NCBI GenBank assembly: GCA_045127455.1
Contig: JBGVQK010000044.1
Coordinates: forward strand, 24,158-88,157
From: Eubacteriales bacterium
GTDB taxonomy: Bacteria; Bacillota; Clostridia; Oscillospirales; CAG-272
DNA: 64,000 bases
Direction of reading: 5' to 3'
Below, one piece after another: positions 17,836 through 27,444 of the stretch (the stretch's first letter is position 1; every line of letters begins with the position of its first letter). Under the pieces are notes generated by a model. The model was given only the letters and a program-made list of their open reading frames with translations, ran no database searches and was not told the DNA's origin. Both the position numbers and the translations under genes were made by a program.

Positions 17836-18129
17836 GAGTAATCCCTTTCAATTTTTGGTGTTTCGTATATTATACAAAAAAAGTCGAAATTTGTCAATAG
17901 TTTTGGCGCAATTTGGGCTTTCTCGGCTATTTGCACAAAAAAGAAAAAGACGAAAACACATCTCGATCGTGCCCAAAATCAACTCTTTTTATCACATTTT
18001 TTCACAAAATTTATCTGTGCCTAAATAATAAACATCTTGCGTTAAATTTTGGCGAAGGAGTACTTGCAAAAAAAGCGGTGGCTATGCTATAATAAAAGTA
18101 AACTTACATTTTGAGAACGGAGGTAGGCA

Positions 18130-19050
18130 ATGGAAGCAAAAACGATTGACCTAAAATACAATATCGGCCGCGAAATTCCCATTCGGTGCATTGAAAACGA
18201 CTCCTTGCGGGATCTGGATATACAAAACAATTGCTTTTTGCTGTTGATGGTTCACGAGGGAAGTGTGAGCCTGCAATGCGGCGATGAAATTATAGATGCT
18301 ATGGGCCCGTGCCTGCTTTGCTTTGATGAAAGACGACCGCTTCGCCTTGTTCGCAGACGTAATTTGTGCTGCGATGCCGTTTATTTTCATCCGACCTTTC
18401 TCAACGTCAATATGACCTTTGAGCGCGTGCGCTCGAGCGGATACGAGGAGCTCGCCACCATTCACGATCTCTTTTTGCTCGGTCCATTTGTAACCGACCG
18501 TCGCCCCATACTGCCTATGCTCGACGATTATCAAGCCTCCATGCGCTTTCTCTTTTCCAAATTGGCAGAGGAGCTTGAGGAGCAATCCGATTGGTATTGG
18601 TCCTGCCGCAGTCGTTCTTATTTTATAGAAATTATGTTGCTTTTGGAGCGCATCTATTGCTCTATGGGTGGGCGTATCGTTGAGGTCACCGAGGAGGTGG
18701 ACGAATTTGACAATGCCTTTCTCAAGCAGGCGGTCACCTTTATCGAGAACCATTACAACGAGCCAATCACCCTGCAGGATATCGTGTACTCCTGCTCCAT
18801 CAACCACTCCACCTTAACCAAGCTGTTCAAGCAGGAGCTTGGTATTACACCCGTGGCATATTTGTGGCATTACCGCCTTGTAATTGCCAAAAAGCTTTTG
18901 GAGTTTACCAACCTGCCCGTAAAGGAGATCGCAAAGCGTTGCGGCTTTAAAACGGTTCAGCACTTCAGCCGCAAATTCGAGGAGCAGTTAGGGCTCTCTC
19001 CAGCCGTTTTCCGCACGCAGGCAGTCGCACGCCGCAAGGCAACCTTTTAA
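18130..19050 (+). CDS. AraC-family transcriptional regulator
   Basis: The C-terminal double HTH ITLQDIVYSCSINHSTLTKLFKQELGITPVAYLWHYRLVIAKKLLEFTNLPVKEIAKRCGFKTVQHFSRKFEEQLGLSPAVFR. The N-terminal part is cupin-like. Confidence 0.9.
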   Translation: MEAKTIDLKYNIGREIPIRCIENDSLRDLDIQNNCFLLLMVHEGSVSLQCGDEIIDAMGPCLLCFDERRPLRLVRRRNLCCDAVYFHPTFLNVNMTFERVRSSGYEELATIHDLFLLGPFVTDRRPILPMLDDYQASMRFLFSKLAEELEEQSDWYWSCRSRSYFIEIMLLLERIYCSMGGRIVEVTEEVDEFDNAFLKQAVTFIENHYNEPITLQDIVYSCSINHSTLTKLFKQELGITPVAYLWHYRLVIAKKLLEFTNLPVKEIAKRCGFKTVQHFSRKFEEQLGLSPAVFRTQAVARRKATF

Positions 19051-19069
19051 TCGAGAATAGGAGAATTGA

Positions 19070-20887
19070 ATGAAAAAATATATCGCGCTTTTCCTTTGTA
19101 TGATAACCGTATTTTCACTATGCGCATGCAACGTATATGAGAAGCTCTTTCCAGCGCTCACTTCGCCGGAGCCTACGTCCCCCGATGCTGACGCGCCAAG
19201 CGAAACAACGACCGAACCGGCGGGTACCACAACGGCTCCCGAGGACGCGATCGAGCCCCCTGACGATGCGGACGTAGAAACCGATCCTTTTCAATACTAC
19301 CATAACATTATAGAAGCATATGGAATCGCCGTCCGTCGCTTTGACCTGATCGATGCTGACGATGAAACGCTTGCCAAAGAGCTGGAATTGGAATCCATCG
19401 AATTTGCAGAGCCCTTCCACAAAATTTTAGAGGCGGCATACGCTTTTTACCCCTATGACGATCGGGACGAGCAAACGCCTGCGCTCGAAAGGTTTTCTTA
19501 CTTTGTGTATGAAAATCGTTGCGACCTCAACGGTGACGGGCATCGCGAGCTTGTACTTATGACCGAGGATTATCGTGTTTTGGCAATCTATTCCTACATT
19601 AAGCTCCCTAAAGTGGTTCGTGGGGAGACTATTTGGCTTGACTACGCCGTTTTGATGGACACCTTCACACCCGAAGAGGGGTGTTGGATCGATAGCGAGG
19701 GGCGTATTCACGTCAATGCACTTTTTAACAATTCGCTTTATCAAAGCCACGCCGTTTACGAGATCGAACAAGGCGGAGCTCGACTGAACCTGATCGTACA
19801 ATACGGTCAGAGCAACAACGAGTTTGTCAAGATTGCAAACGGTGAGCGCGTCAAGATCGGGCAAGTAGAGTTCGATGCCCTGAACGATCAATACGGCAGC
19901 TATCTTGCTCCCGACGAGAGAGCCGAGGCCACACGCACACAGTCGGGGCTGGGGTACTATACCCTCTTTTCCAGGTGGCAATGGGAGATCCCCGAGGCAA
20001 TGTACCGCCCCGTTTTGAAGGGAGAGAAAAAGGTACGCATTGGAGAGACAGGGGAGTTCATTTACCTCAAGGATTACGTTCCCACTACCGCGGATGCATC
20101 TCTTGCAAAGTGTGAGACCTTGCGCTACGTCTATTACTATGCGGAGGAAAAGGATCTCCTGGACGTTGCCATTGATTGCGGCAGTGAAAAATTGAACCTG
20201 ACCTACGACAGTGGCGTTGTCACTCTGACCCAGCTCTCCGACGAGATCTGGAACGAGATCGAGGAGCGTCCATACGGTTATGCTATCTGCAAACTCATCG
20301 CCCCCTGGCGTGAGACGGTCCTTTCGCCCGAGGAGATCGAAGCCATTGCAAGCAGCGTTTGGCATATTCGAGACGGCGACGAAGACGGTGCCGCCGGCAC
20401 GCTCTACATACATTATGTTGACGTAGCCGAAGAGCCCGACGAGGATGGATATTACCTTGTTACCTGGCGTTGGGAAGCATATATTTGGTGTGGTTATGAT
20501 GCTTGCACAGAGACAGACCCGAATCACCGACATTTGCACAGCGTGAAAAATTATCGCTATATGCTCGTTCACATGCAAACGGGCGAATACGTTGACAATG
20601 CCCGCATCTCCCCCGAGCGTGCCAAGAGAATCGCCGAGGACTATTGGGGACTTGCCGACGGAACCGTGATTCACGGCAAGGGCAGAACCTTTGTGGTCCG
20701 CATGGAAATCAGCGACGGCGTTGGTTACGGCAACGATCTTTACAGTGCTTATTTACGCGTGGAATGTTATTCAACACGCGATTTTGAAAATGGTTATCCG
20801 CCGCTTGAGATCAAGGATGTCGACTTTGTTCACATTGGCAAAAAAGACGGCGGAACCTACGTTTACCCGTATATAGAAGGAAAATAA
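19070..20887 (+). CDS. lipoprotein, function unknown (605 aa)
   Basis: Lipobox MKKYIALFLCMITVFSLCAC and a Pro/Thr/Glu linker. It starts 17 nt after the araC-like stop. Confidence 0.75.
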   Translation: MKKYIALFLCMITVFSLCACNVYEKLFPALTSPEPTSPDADAPSETTTEPAGTTTAPEDAIEPPDDADVETDPFQYYHNIIEAYGIAVRRFDLIDADDETLAKELELESIEFAEPFHKILEAAYAFYPYDDRDEQTPALERFSYFVYENRCDLNGDGHRELVLMTEDYRVLAIYSYIKLPKVVRGETIWLDYAVLMDTFTPEEGCWIDSEGRIHVNALFNNSLYQSHAVYEIEQGGARLNLIVQYGQSNNEFVKIANGERVKIGQVEFDALNDQYGSYLAPDERAEATRTQSGLGYYTLFSRWQWEIPEAMYRPVLKGEKKVRIGETGEFIYLKDYVPTTADASLAKCETLRYVYYYAEEKDLLDVAIDCGSEKLNLTYDSGVVTLTQLSDEIWNEIEERPYGYAICKLIAPWRETVLSPEEIEAIASSVWHIRDGDEDGAAGTLYIHYVDVAEEPDEDGYYLVTWRWEAYIWCGYDACTETDPNHRHLHSVKNYRYMLVHMQTGEYVDNARISPERAKRIAEDYWGLADGTVIHGKGRTFVVRMEISDGVGYGNDLYSAYLRVECYSTRDFENGYPPLEIKDVDFVHIGKKDGGTYVYPYIEGK

Positions 20888-20987
20888 CCCTCTCTTTTTC
20901 TTTCTTGGCAGTTACTGTCAAGCCCCAACGCATTTTATGCGTTGGGGGGTCTTTATATGATTGCTCGTCCCAATTTCGGCTTGCCAC

Positions 20988-21017
20988 TTGACAGAGAAAG
21001 GGGATTTGTATTATAAT
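20988..21017 (+). promoter_or_regulatory. sigma-A-type promoter of the glycyl-radical enzyme operon
   Basis: TTGACA (20988-20993), an 18-nt spacer, TATAAT (21012-21017). It is preceded by the hairpin terminator CCCCAACGC-ATTTTA-TGCGTTGGGG of the lipoprotein gene. Confidence 0.55.
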
Positions 21018-21056
21018 ATAATCAAGATATGTATCCTTTATAGAAAGGAGATTTTT

Positions 21057-23045
21057 ATGAAGCCTGCTCTGAAAAATCTATACGATTATTTTATCATCAA
21101 CCGCACACACCGCGCACGTCGTGTGCCTTGTGAGGTGGATTTTGCATCCGAATATTCCGCTCTTGGACTCTCGCACGAGGAGCGTATGTGCCGCCGCTTT
21201 GAAACGCTTATGGCAATGGAGCAGCCGCACATTTTGCCCGATGAAAAAATCGTTTTCACACGTTCCGTTATGAACGGGGGAAAGGTTCTTACCCCCGAGG
21301 AATGGGAGAAACTTGAGGACGAGCGCTTTGTGTGGGGACATAATGCCGGTGCATCCAATATCTCTCTCAACTATGAAACAATGATCAGTCGCGGCTTCGA
21401 CGCTTACCGAAAGACCGCTACGCCCATTCAAAACCGAATGATGGATGCTGTTACCGACCTTTGTGACCGCTATCGTGCGCTTGCAAAAGAGCAGGGCAGA
21501 GCCGACGTTGTAGCTGTTTTTGATCAAATTCCGCGCCGTGGCGCACGTAATTTCCGTGAGGCATTGCAGTTTTTCCGTGTTCTGCACTTTTCTTTGTGGG
21601 TTGAGGACAACTGTCACAACACAATAGGCCGTTTCGATCAATACATCTATCCCTACTACAAAAAAGACCGCGACGCGGGTGTTTATACCCGTGAGGAAGC
21701 ATTTGACCTGCTTTGCGACTTTTTCCTTTCCTTTAACAAGGATAGCGATATGTACTATGGCGCACAACAAGGAGATAACGGTCAGAGTATGGTGCTCGGC
21801 GGCATCGATAAAGATGGCAACGACTGCTATAACGAGCTTTCCGAGCTTTGTCTGCGCGCGAGTGGAGAATTAAAACTGATCGATCCTAAAATCAATCTGC
21901 GTGTCAACAAAAACACCCCCCTTGCGGTATACGAGGAGGGAAGCAAGCTCACGCGTGTGGGACTTGGTTTTCCGCAATACTGCAACGATGACGTAGTTAT
22001 TCCCGGTCTTGTGGAAATGGGGTATGACTACGAGGATGCCGTCAACTACGTTGTGGCGGCGTGTTGGGAGTTCATCATTCCCGGTGTGGGAGACGAGATC
22101 CCCAACATTGCGGCACTCAATCTTGCAGAGGTTGTTAACCGCGCTATCCGCAAATATGCGCCGCACGTCCAAACCTTTGATGAACTCCTCGCGGGTATGC
22201 GTCAAGAAATGATGGCAGCGTGCGACGAATTGACCGCTCCTATGAAAAACGTTTACCAGTTGCCGTCATCCTTTGCCGACCTTTTGCGAGACTCTCGCAA
22301 GTATCGCAATTTTGGCAGCCACGGTGTAGGAATCGCCACCGCTGCCGACTCGCTTGCAGCCGTCAAAAAATACGTATTTGAAGAAAAGTCGGTCACTGTC
22401 GAAGAACTGATCGCGGCAATGGACGAGAATTTTGCAAATTCCCCCGAGCTTTTGCACAAGTTGCGCTATGAGGCTCCCAAAATGGGATGCGAGGGCGGTG
22501 AGTCTGCGGCAGAGCTTTCCAAAGCCGTTCTTTACGCCTTTTCGGATGCGCTTGCAGGCCGCAAGAACTGTTTTGGTGGCATCTGGCGTGCAGGAACGGG
22601 AACGGCAATGATGTACTTGCGCCACGCAAACGTAACGGGCGCAACTGCTGACGGACGCCTTGCAGGCGAATCCTTTGGCGCGAATTTCTCGCCCTCACTC
22701 TTTGCCAAAACCGCGGGACCTATTACCGTATGCGAGCATTTCTCTTGTGCCGATATGAAGCGCACCCTCAATGGCGGTCCCTTGACGCTTGAGTTCGCTA
22801 TGAGCACCTTCCGTGATGAAGAAAGTATATCCAAGCTTGCCACGCTCGTTCGCTATTTCATTTTGCGCGGCGGACATCAGATCCAGCTCAACGCGGTCGA
22901 CCCCGCAAAGCTGCGCGAGGCGCAAAAGGATCCCGACCGTTACCGCCAGCTTATCGTGCGTATTTGGGGTTGGTCTGCCTATTTCGTGGAGCTCGACAAA
23001 CCCTATCAGGAGCACGTCATCGTCCGTCAGGAGTACACACTTTGA
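21057..23045 (+). CDS. glycyl radical enzyme, PFL2/dehydratase-like, compact form (662 aa)
   Basis: C-terminal glycyl-radical motif LIVRIWGWSAYFVELDKPYQEHVIVRQE. Candidate Cys loop VVAACWEFIIPG (Cys-x-Glu). The ATG at 21057 has an AAAGGAG RBS. An activase gene follows immediately. Confidence 0.9.
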   Translation: MKPALKNLYDYFIINRTHRARRVPCEVDFASEYSALGLSHEERMCRRFETLMAMEQPHILPDEKIVFTRSVMNGGKVLTPEEWEKLEDERFVWGHNAGASNISLNYETMISRGFDAYRKTATPIQNRMMDAVTDLCDRYRALAKEQGRADVVAVFDQIPRRGARNFREALQFFRVLHFSLWVEDNCHNTIGRFDQYIYPYYKKDRDAGVYTREEAFDLLCDFFLSFNKDSDMYYGAQQGDNGQSMVLGGIDKDGNDCYNELSELCLRASGELKLIDPKINLRVNKNTPLAVYEEGSKLTRVGLGFPQYCNDDVVIPGLVEMGYDYEDAVNYVVAACWEFIIPGVGDEIPNIAALNLAEVVNRAIRKYAPHVQTFDELLAGMRQEMMAACDELTAPMKNVYQLPSSFADLLRDSRKYRNFGSHGVGIATAADSLAAVKKYVFEEKSVTVEELIAAMDENFANSPELLHKLRYEAPKMGCEGGESAAELSKAVLYAFSDALAGRKNCFGGIWRAGTGTAMMYLRHANVTGATADGRLAGESFGANFSPSLFAKTAGPITVCEHFSCADMKRTLNGGPLTLEFAMSTFRDEESISKLATLVRYFILRGGHQIQLNAVDPAKLREAQKDPDRYRQLIVRIWGWSAYFVELDKPYQEHVIVRQEYTL

Positions 23046-23046
23046 T

Positions 23047-23871
23047 ATGAACGGATTGATTTTTGATATAAAGGAATTTTCCATTCGCGATGGCGAGGGT
23101 GTTCGCACCACGGTCTTTTTTAAGGGCTGCCCTTTGCGCTGCGCGTGGTGCCACAACCCCGAGGGGCTCTCTCCCACGCCCGAGCTTTGGGCAGATCCTG
23201 CGCGTTGCCGCAATTGCGGACTTTGCCGCATTCCCTGCGAGCACACCGATTGCAAGCCCTTTGGGCGCTGCCTGCACGTCTGCCCACAAGACCTTGTTAG
23301 ATGCGTAGGGAAAACATATACCGTCCCCGAGCTTGCCGCGCGCTTACGTAGGCAAAAGCCGATGTTTGATGCCATGGGGGGCGGTGTCACCCTTTCGGGC
23401 GGAGAGCCGCTTTTGCAAGCCGACTTTTGCGCGGAATTTCTCAAAGAACTTGGCGGCAATATTCACACAACCGTTGAAACGAGCGGATACGCAAGCGAGC
23501 GTGATTTTGAGCGCATCATTCACTTATGCGATTTTGTGATTATGGATATCAAGCTGATGAACGACGAAGCGCATCGACACTGGACAGGTGTTTCCAATGC
23601 GCAGATCCTTTCCAACGCAAAGCTTTTGATGAGGAGCGGCGTGCCGCACCTTTTCCGCACCCCCCTTATACCGAGTGTTACAGACACCGAAGAAAATTTG
23701 CGTGCTATTGCGGAATTTCTTGGCGACGAGCCCATCGAGCTCCTGCCCTACAACGATCTCGCACCTGCCAAATATGCCGCCGTCAGCCGCACCTTCTCAA
23801 GCGAGATAGATCCCTCAAAAAAGAGAACCCCCGATCTTTCATTTTTTAAAAACGCTACCTTGCGAGCATAA
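23047..23871 (+). CDS. glycyl-radical enzyme activating protein (radical SAM)
   Basis: CPLRCAWCHNPEG (CX3CX2C) plus a ferredoxin-like insert CRNCGLCRIPC...CLHVCP and GGVTLSGGEPL. The ATG at 23047 is 1 nt after the GRE stop. Confidence 0.9.
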   Translation: MNGLIFDIKEFSIRDGEGVRTTVFFKGCPLRCAWCHNPEGLSPTPELWADPARCRNCGLCRIPCEHTDCKPFGRCLHVCPQDLVRCVGKTYTVPELAARLRRQKPMFDAMGGGVTLSGGEPLLQADFCAEFLKELGGNIHTTVETSGYASERDFERIIHLCDFVIMDIKLMNDEAHRHWTGVSNAQILSNAKLLMRSGVPHLFRTPLIPSVTDTEENLRAIAEFLGDEPIELLPYNDLAPAKYAAVSRTFSSEIDPSKKRTPDLSFFKNATLRA

Positions 23872-23917
23872 AGAAAAGGCACTCACTGCGGTGAGTGCCT
23901 TTTTGGTTGTTTGATGG

Positions 23918-25459
23918 TTATTGGTTTTGGTTGATGAAGAAGGATTTACCAACGAAGAAGAGCTTGCCTTCAGACTCGATAACGTACCAGTTAGCATATA
24001 AGCCTTGCTCTTGTGCTACAAGCTTAACTTGAGCGCCTTGAGCGAGCTGACCGAGTACCTCACCCGTTGGATCGGGAGTGCCGTAGCAGTTTGCAACGCC
24101 ATTGGTGGTAACGGTGGTGGGAGTTTCGAGCTTGGTGAATTGAGGATACTTGATGATCAGATCGTCAAGGGTAACGGTAGGATTGCCGCTGGGGTCGGTG
24201 GTGAGGTATTCCAAAGCCTTGCCGCCAACAAAGCCGCGAATGACAACGTCCTTGTCGCCTTCCTTCTTGGTGTATTCAACCAAGAACCAAGTGGTCTCGT
24301 CGATCTCGCCGGATGCGTAAACCTTGATTGCCTTAATGGTATCGGGGTTCTTACCGGACTGCGGGTTTGCCAAGCTGTTGCTGGGCTCGTTTTCAGCAGG
24401 GAAAACGGGGGTGCGACGAATGGTAATGGTTGCTTCCTTGAGCACGTAGTAGGTCATGCCGCCATCGATCTTTGTCAGGGTGGGGTAGAGAGCAATCCAA
24501 TCGTCAATGCTCATCTCACCGCTGGTGTCGGAAAGGTAGCTAGAGTTGATGTAACCGAATTTGTATTCGCTCGGTACGCCTTCCTTATCGGAGGTTACGA
24601 GAACTACAACGTAGCTCCACTCAACACCGTTAACGGTACCGGTCTTGAGCAGGGTGACCTCACAACCGTCGGAGAGGCTCAGGATGATGGTGACGTTTTC
24701 GTCGGTGCTGGGCGCTGTGCGGAAGTTGACCATGCCGCCTTGCTCAACGCTTACGTACTTCTTAACGCCTACCTCACCGTTTACGGGAGTGAACAAATGC
24801 TGGTATTGAGAGTCATCGTTGGGGTTTGTGACCTTGTCCTCGGAGAGGTGACGGTTCGCCAAATAGTAGGTCTTGCCATCGGTGCCTTGAATACGAGACC
24901 AGGTGCCGTTGGTGTGTGTAACGGTAACTACGTCGTTGAGCTTGTGAGAGCCCAAAACGGTGGAAATGTTATCGTTATCGGAGGGGTAAAGGCGCTTGCG
25001 CAGACCCTCGGTTGCAACGTATCTCGAGTAAGAGCCGCCGGTAACCTCTACAAAGTCGGTGCCCAAAATGTTCTCTTCGGTAACGCTTGCTTTGGAAACG
25101 TAGCCGTTGAGGAGCTGACCCTCTTTTTCGTATTCAACGTAGTACCAGGAGGTGCTTTGCTTGGTGCAATGCAGCTCGGTCTCCTTCGGGATAGAAGCCA
25201 GAGCGGTGCTTGTGTTGCTTGCTTCCTCGCGCAGTCTTACGTCGTTAACGGTGAATACGGATTTATCTACGTCCTGCCACGAAATAACAGGGGGATTTAC
25301 GTTTGTGTTGGGGTCGGGAGTGGTTTGGCCTGTGGGTGGATTTTGGTTGGGCTCAGTGCCGTTGGGGTTGTTGTTATTGTTTCTTGCTACGCAAGAAGCA
25401 AGGGCAGTGGCGCTCATCAATCCTGCCAAAAGCAGGGCTACAATTCTTTTTTTCATCAT
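23918..25459 (-). CDS. lipoprotein with repeated bacterial SH3 domains
   Basis: Lipobox MMKKRIVALLLAGLMSATALASC and an Asn/Pro linker. About five SH3b-like repeats (WYYVEYEKEGQLLNGYVSKASV, TWSRIQGTDGKTYYLANRHL, WFLVEYTKKEG...RGFVGG, NWYVIESEGKLFFVGKSF). Confidence 0.8.
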   Translation of the reverse strand: MMKKRIVALLLAGLMSATALASCVARNNNNNPNGTEPNQNPPTGQTTPDPNTNVNPPVISWQDVDKSVFTVNDVRLREEASNTSTALASIPKETELHCTKQSTSWYYVEYEKEGQLLNGYVSKASVTEENILGTDFVEVTGGSYSRYVATEGLRKRLYPSDNDNISTVLGSHKLNDVVTVTHTNGTWSRIQGTDGKTYYLANRHLSEDKVTNPNDDSQYQHLFTPVNGEVGVKKYVSVEQGGMVNFRTAPSTDENVTIILSLSDGCEVTLLKTGTVNGVEWSYVVVLVTSDKEGVPSEYKFGYINSSYLSDTSGEMSIDDWIALYPTLTKIDGGMTYYVLKEATITIRRTPVFPAENEPSNSLANPQSGKNPDTIKAIKVYASGEIDETTWFLVEYTKKEGDKDVVIRGFVGGKALEYLTTDPSGNPTVTLDDLIIKYPQFTKLETPTTVTTNGVANCYGTPDPTGEVLGQLAQGAQVKLVAQEQGLYANWYVIESEGKLFFVGKSFFINQNQ

Positions 25460-25646
25460 TTTCTCGTTGTGTCCTTTCTGTTGGTAGTTAGTCGTTTTAT
25501 CGAATGGGAGTTTGCGCTCCGCTAAATATCCAAGTATAAGTATAACATATTATAAAATGCTTGTCAATGAATTTTTCCTTATTTTTTGCAAAAAATAAAA
25601 AATATTTTTGCTTTTTGCCTTCTTTTTGTGCGCAGCGGCACCCGTT

Positions 25647-25676
25647 TGCATAATACGGCAAAATTTGCACAGAATA
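25647..25676 (+). promoter_or_regulatory. possible forespore (sigma-G/F-type) promoter of spoVAD
   Basis: TGCATA, 17 nt, CAGAATA resembles my recollection of the GHATR-17/18-CATnnTA consensus. It sits about 20 nt upstream of the RBS GGAGGTGA. Confidence 0.35.
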
Positions 25677-25698
25677 ATTACCCCGGAGGTGACGGCTT

Positions 25699-26727
25699 AT
25701 GAGACGTGACATAATAAAAACAGCGGCTGAAATTTTTGCTTTTGCAAGTGTTGTCGGTAAAAAAGAGGCGGAGGGACCGCTTGGAGAGCTATTTGATTTG
25801 AAGGACACCACCAACCGTTTTGGAATGAAAACCTGGGAGAGTGCCGAGAGCGAGATGCAACGCCTTTCTTTGAACACCGCCCTTGCAAAAGGTAAGGTGA
25901 GCCCCCATGAGGTCGGTGCTCTTTTTGCAGGTGATCTGCTCAATCAATGCGTGGGCTCTGCTTACGGATTGCAGAGCTTTGACGTTCCGTATATCGGGCT
26001 TTACGGCGCTTGTTCGACCTGTGCCGAAAGCCTTTTACTCGCTTCGATCTTTGTCAGCTACGAAATGTGTAAGACCGCCGCAGCGGTGACATCGTCGCAC
26101 TATTGCTCTGCCGAACGGCAATATCGTACTCCTTTGGAGTACGGCGCGCAGAGAGCCCCCACAGCGCAATGGACGGCTACGGGAGCGGGGGCATTCCTTG
26201 TGCGAGAGGTAAACGAAAAAGAATTTCGAGTCGAGAGTAGCGCAGTTGTTCGTCGGTGCGTGATCGGGCGCGTGCAGGATAGCGGCGTTACAGATGCCGC
26301 CAATATGGGCGCGGCAATGGCACCTGCCGCACTTGACACGCTTTGCCGCTTTTTTCAAGAGAGCGGAATGCGCCCAGAGGATTACGACCTGATCCTGACG
26401 GGTGACCTCGGCTTTGAGGGGGGCGACATTCTTTGCTCCTTGATGAAGGCTGAAGGATATGATATCGCCCCCGTTTATAACGATTGCGGACGAATGATCT
26501 ACGATAGAGAAAAGCAAGACGTACACGGAGGCGGCTCGGGCTGCGGATGCTCGGCGGTAGTGCTTTCTGCCGATATTTTGCCAAAGATCAAAAGGGGAGA
26601 GCTCTCGCGCATTCTGTTTTTGGCAACGGGTGCAATGATGAGCCCCGATAGTCTCAAGCAAGGGGAAAAGGTGCTTGCCGTGGCGCATCTGCTTGAAATA
26701 GAACGTTTAACAAAGGGAGGCAAGTAA
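25699..26727 (+). CDS. spoVAD: stage V sporulation protein AD
   Basis: 342 aa with a thiolase-like pattern: ...VVGKKEAEGPLGELFDL...WESAESEMQ...YGACSTCAESL...HGGGSGCGCSAVV.... Confidence 0.9.
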   Translation: MRRDIIKTAAEIFAFASVVGKKEAEGPLGELFDLKDTTNRFGMKTWESAESEMQRLSLNTALAKGKVSPHEVGALFAGDLLNQCVGSAYGLQSFDVPYIGLYGACSTCAESLLLASIFVSYEMCKTAAAVTSSHYCSAERQYRTPLEYGAQRAPTAQWTATGAGAFLVREVNEKEFRVESSAVVRRCVIGRVQDSGVTDAANMGAAMAPAALDTLCRFFQESGMRPEDYDLILTGDLGFEGGDILCSLMKAEGYDIAPVYNDCGRMIYDREKQDVHGGGSGCGCSAVVLSADILPKIKRGELSRILFLATGAMMSPDSLKQGEKVLAVAHLLEIERLTKGGK

Positions 26728-27096
26728 ATGGATCTGCTTTTGACGTATTTGCGCGCCTTTTTGGTGGGAGGCATTTTTTGCGTGATCGCGCAAGTTCTCA
26801 TCGACCGCACAAAGCTCACCCCTGCGCGTATTTTGGTCACCTACGTTGTGGCAGGGGTCGTTCTTGGCGGAATGGGACTTTATAAGCCCATTGTCGAATT
26901 TGCGGGCGCGGGCGCGACGGTACCGCTTACGGGCTTTGGATATTTGATCTCTAAAGGCGTGAGGGAAGCGGTGGGAGAGCAAGGACTTCTTGGCGCACTT
27001 ACGGGCGGCTTGCGTGCCTCTGCAGGCGGAATTGCCGCGGCGCTTGTATTTGGATATCTCGCGTGTCTCATCGCGAAAGGGAAACCGAAGAATTGA
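26728..27096 (+). CDS. spoVAE: stage V sporulation protein AE
   Basis: 122-aa polytopic protein MDLLLTYLRAFLVGGIFCVIAQVLIDRTKLTPARILV...VPLTGFG. The ATG directly follows the spoVAD stop. Confidence 0.9.
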   Translation: MDLLLTYLRAFLVGGIFCVIAQVLIDRTKLTPARILVTYVVAGVVLGGMGLYKPIVEFAGAGATVPLTGFGYLISKGVREAVGEQGLLGALTGGLRASAGGIAAALVFGYLACLIAKGKPKN

Positions 27097-27121
27097 AAAA
27101 AGCAATGATGATATAAATCCA

Positions 27122-27346
27122 AGCCCTCCTCCGGGAGGAGGGAAGCTCCGCGCAAAGTCGTGGAGCAGGGAGGAGCCCACGGCATTTTAGAATAGTACTC
27201 GCCATAAAAAGAGCGCTTTACGTTCGTGCACGCAGGCTCCTTCCGTCATTTTCTTGCGAAAATGCCACCTCCCTCCCGGAGGGAGGCTATCAAAATCTGC
27301 CATTATGCAAAATTGAGCGCAATGACGATTTGTCACTGCGCTTGTT
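27122..27346. repeat. modular hairpin-rich intergenic element, copy 1
   Basis: The modules in order are: palindrome CCCTCCTCCGGGAGGAGGG; a variable hairpin; IR GGGAGGAGCCC; a 56-bp core; IR GGCTCCTTCC; a variable hairpin; palindrome CCTCCCTCCCGGAGGGAGG; and a conserved 55-bp tail ending in the hairpin GAGCGCAATGAC/GTCACTGCGCTT. Confidence 0.8.
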
Positions 27347-27444
27347 GTAGACCGAAACCTACGCGATAGTCGCGTGGTTGGGAAAAGGTTATGCCGATGA
27401 ATAGAAGGGAAACCAAAAGTTAACGCGGGATGTCTTTGCGAAAG

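Noticed and set aside
19427-20674. 415-aa minus-strand ORF
   Set aside because: It is antisense to the 605-aa lipoprotein gene, which follows araC with an RBS and a lipobox. The antisense ORF has no independent support.
22695-23459. 254-aa minus-strand ORF spanning the GRE/activase junction
   Set aside because: It lies opposite two genes with diagnostic motifs (glycyl-radical motif, CX3CX2C). Its Pro/Ser/Arg-rich translation is typical of an antisense frame.
24005-25525. 506-aa plus-strand ORF
   Set aside because: It is entirely antisense to the well-supported SH3b lipoprotein gene (lipobox, RBS, SH3 repeats). The translation is Gly/Val/Ala-rich shadow-frame sequence with no RBS or recognisable motif.
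25497-25943. 148-aa minus-strand ORF as a candidate missing spoVAC
   Set aside because: It is not hydrophobic or polytopic like SpoVAC. It is on the wrong strand and overlaps the spoVAD start and promoter region.
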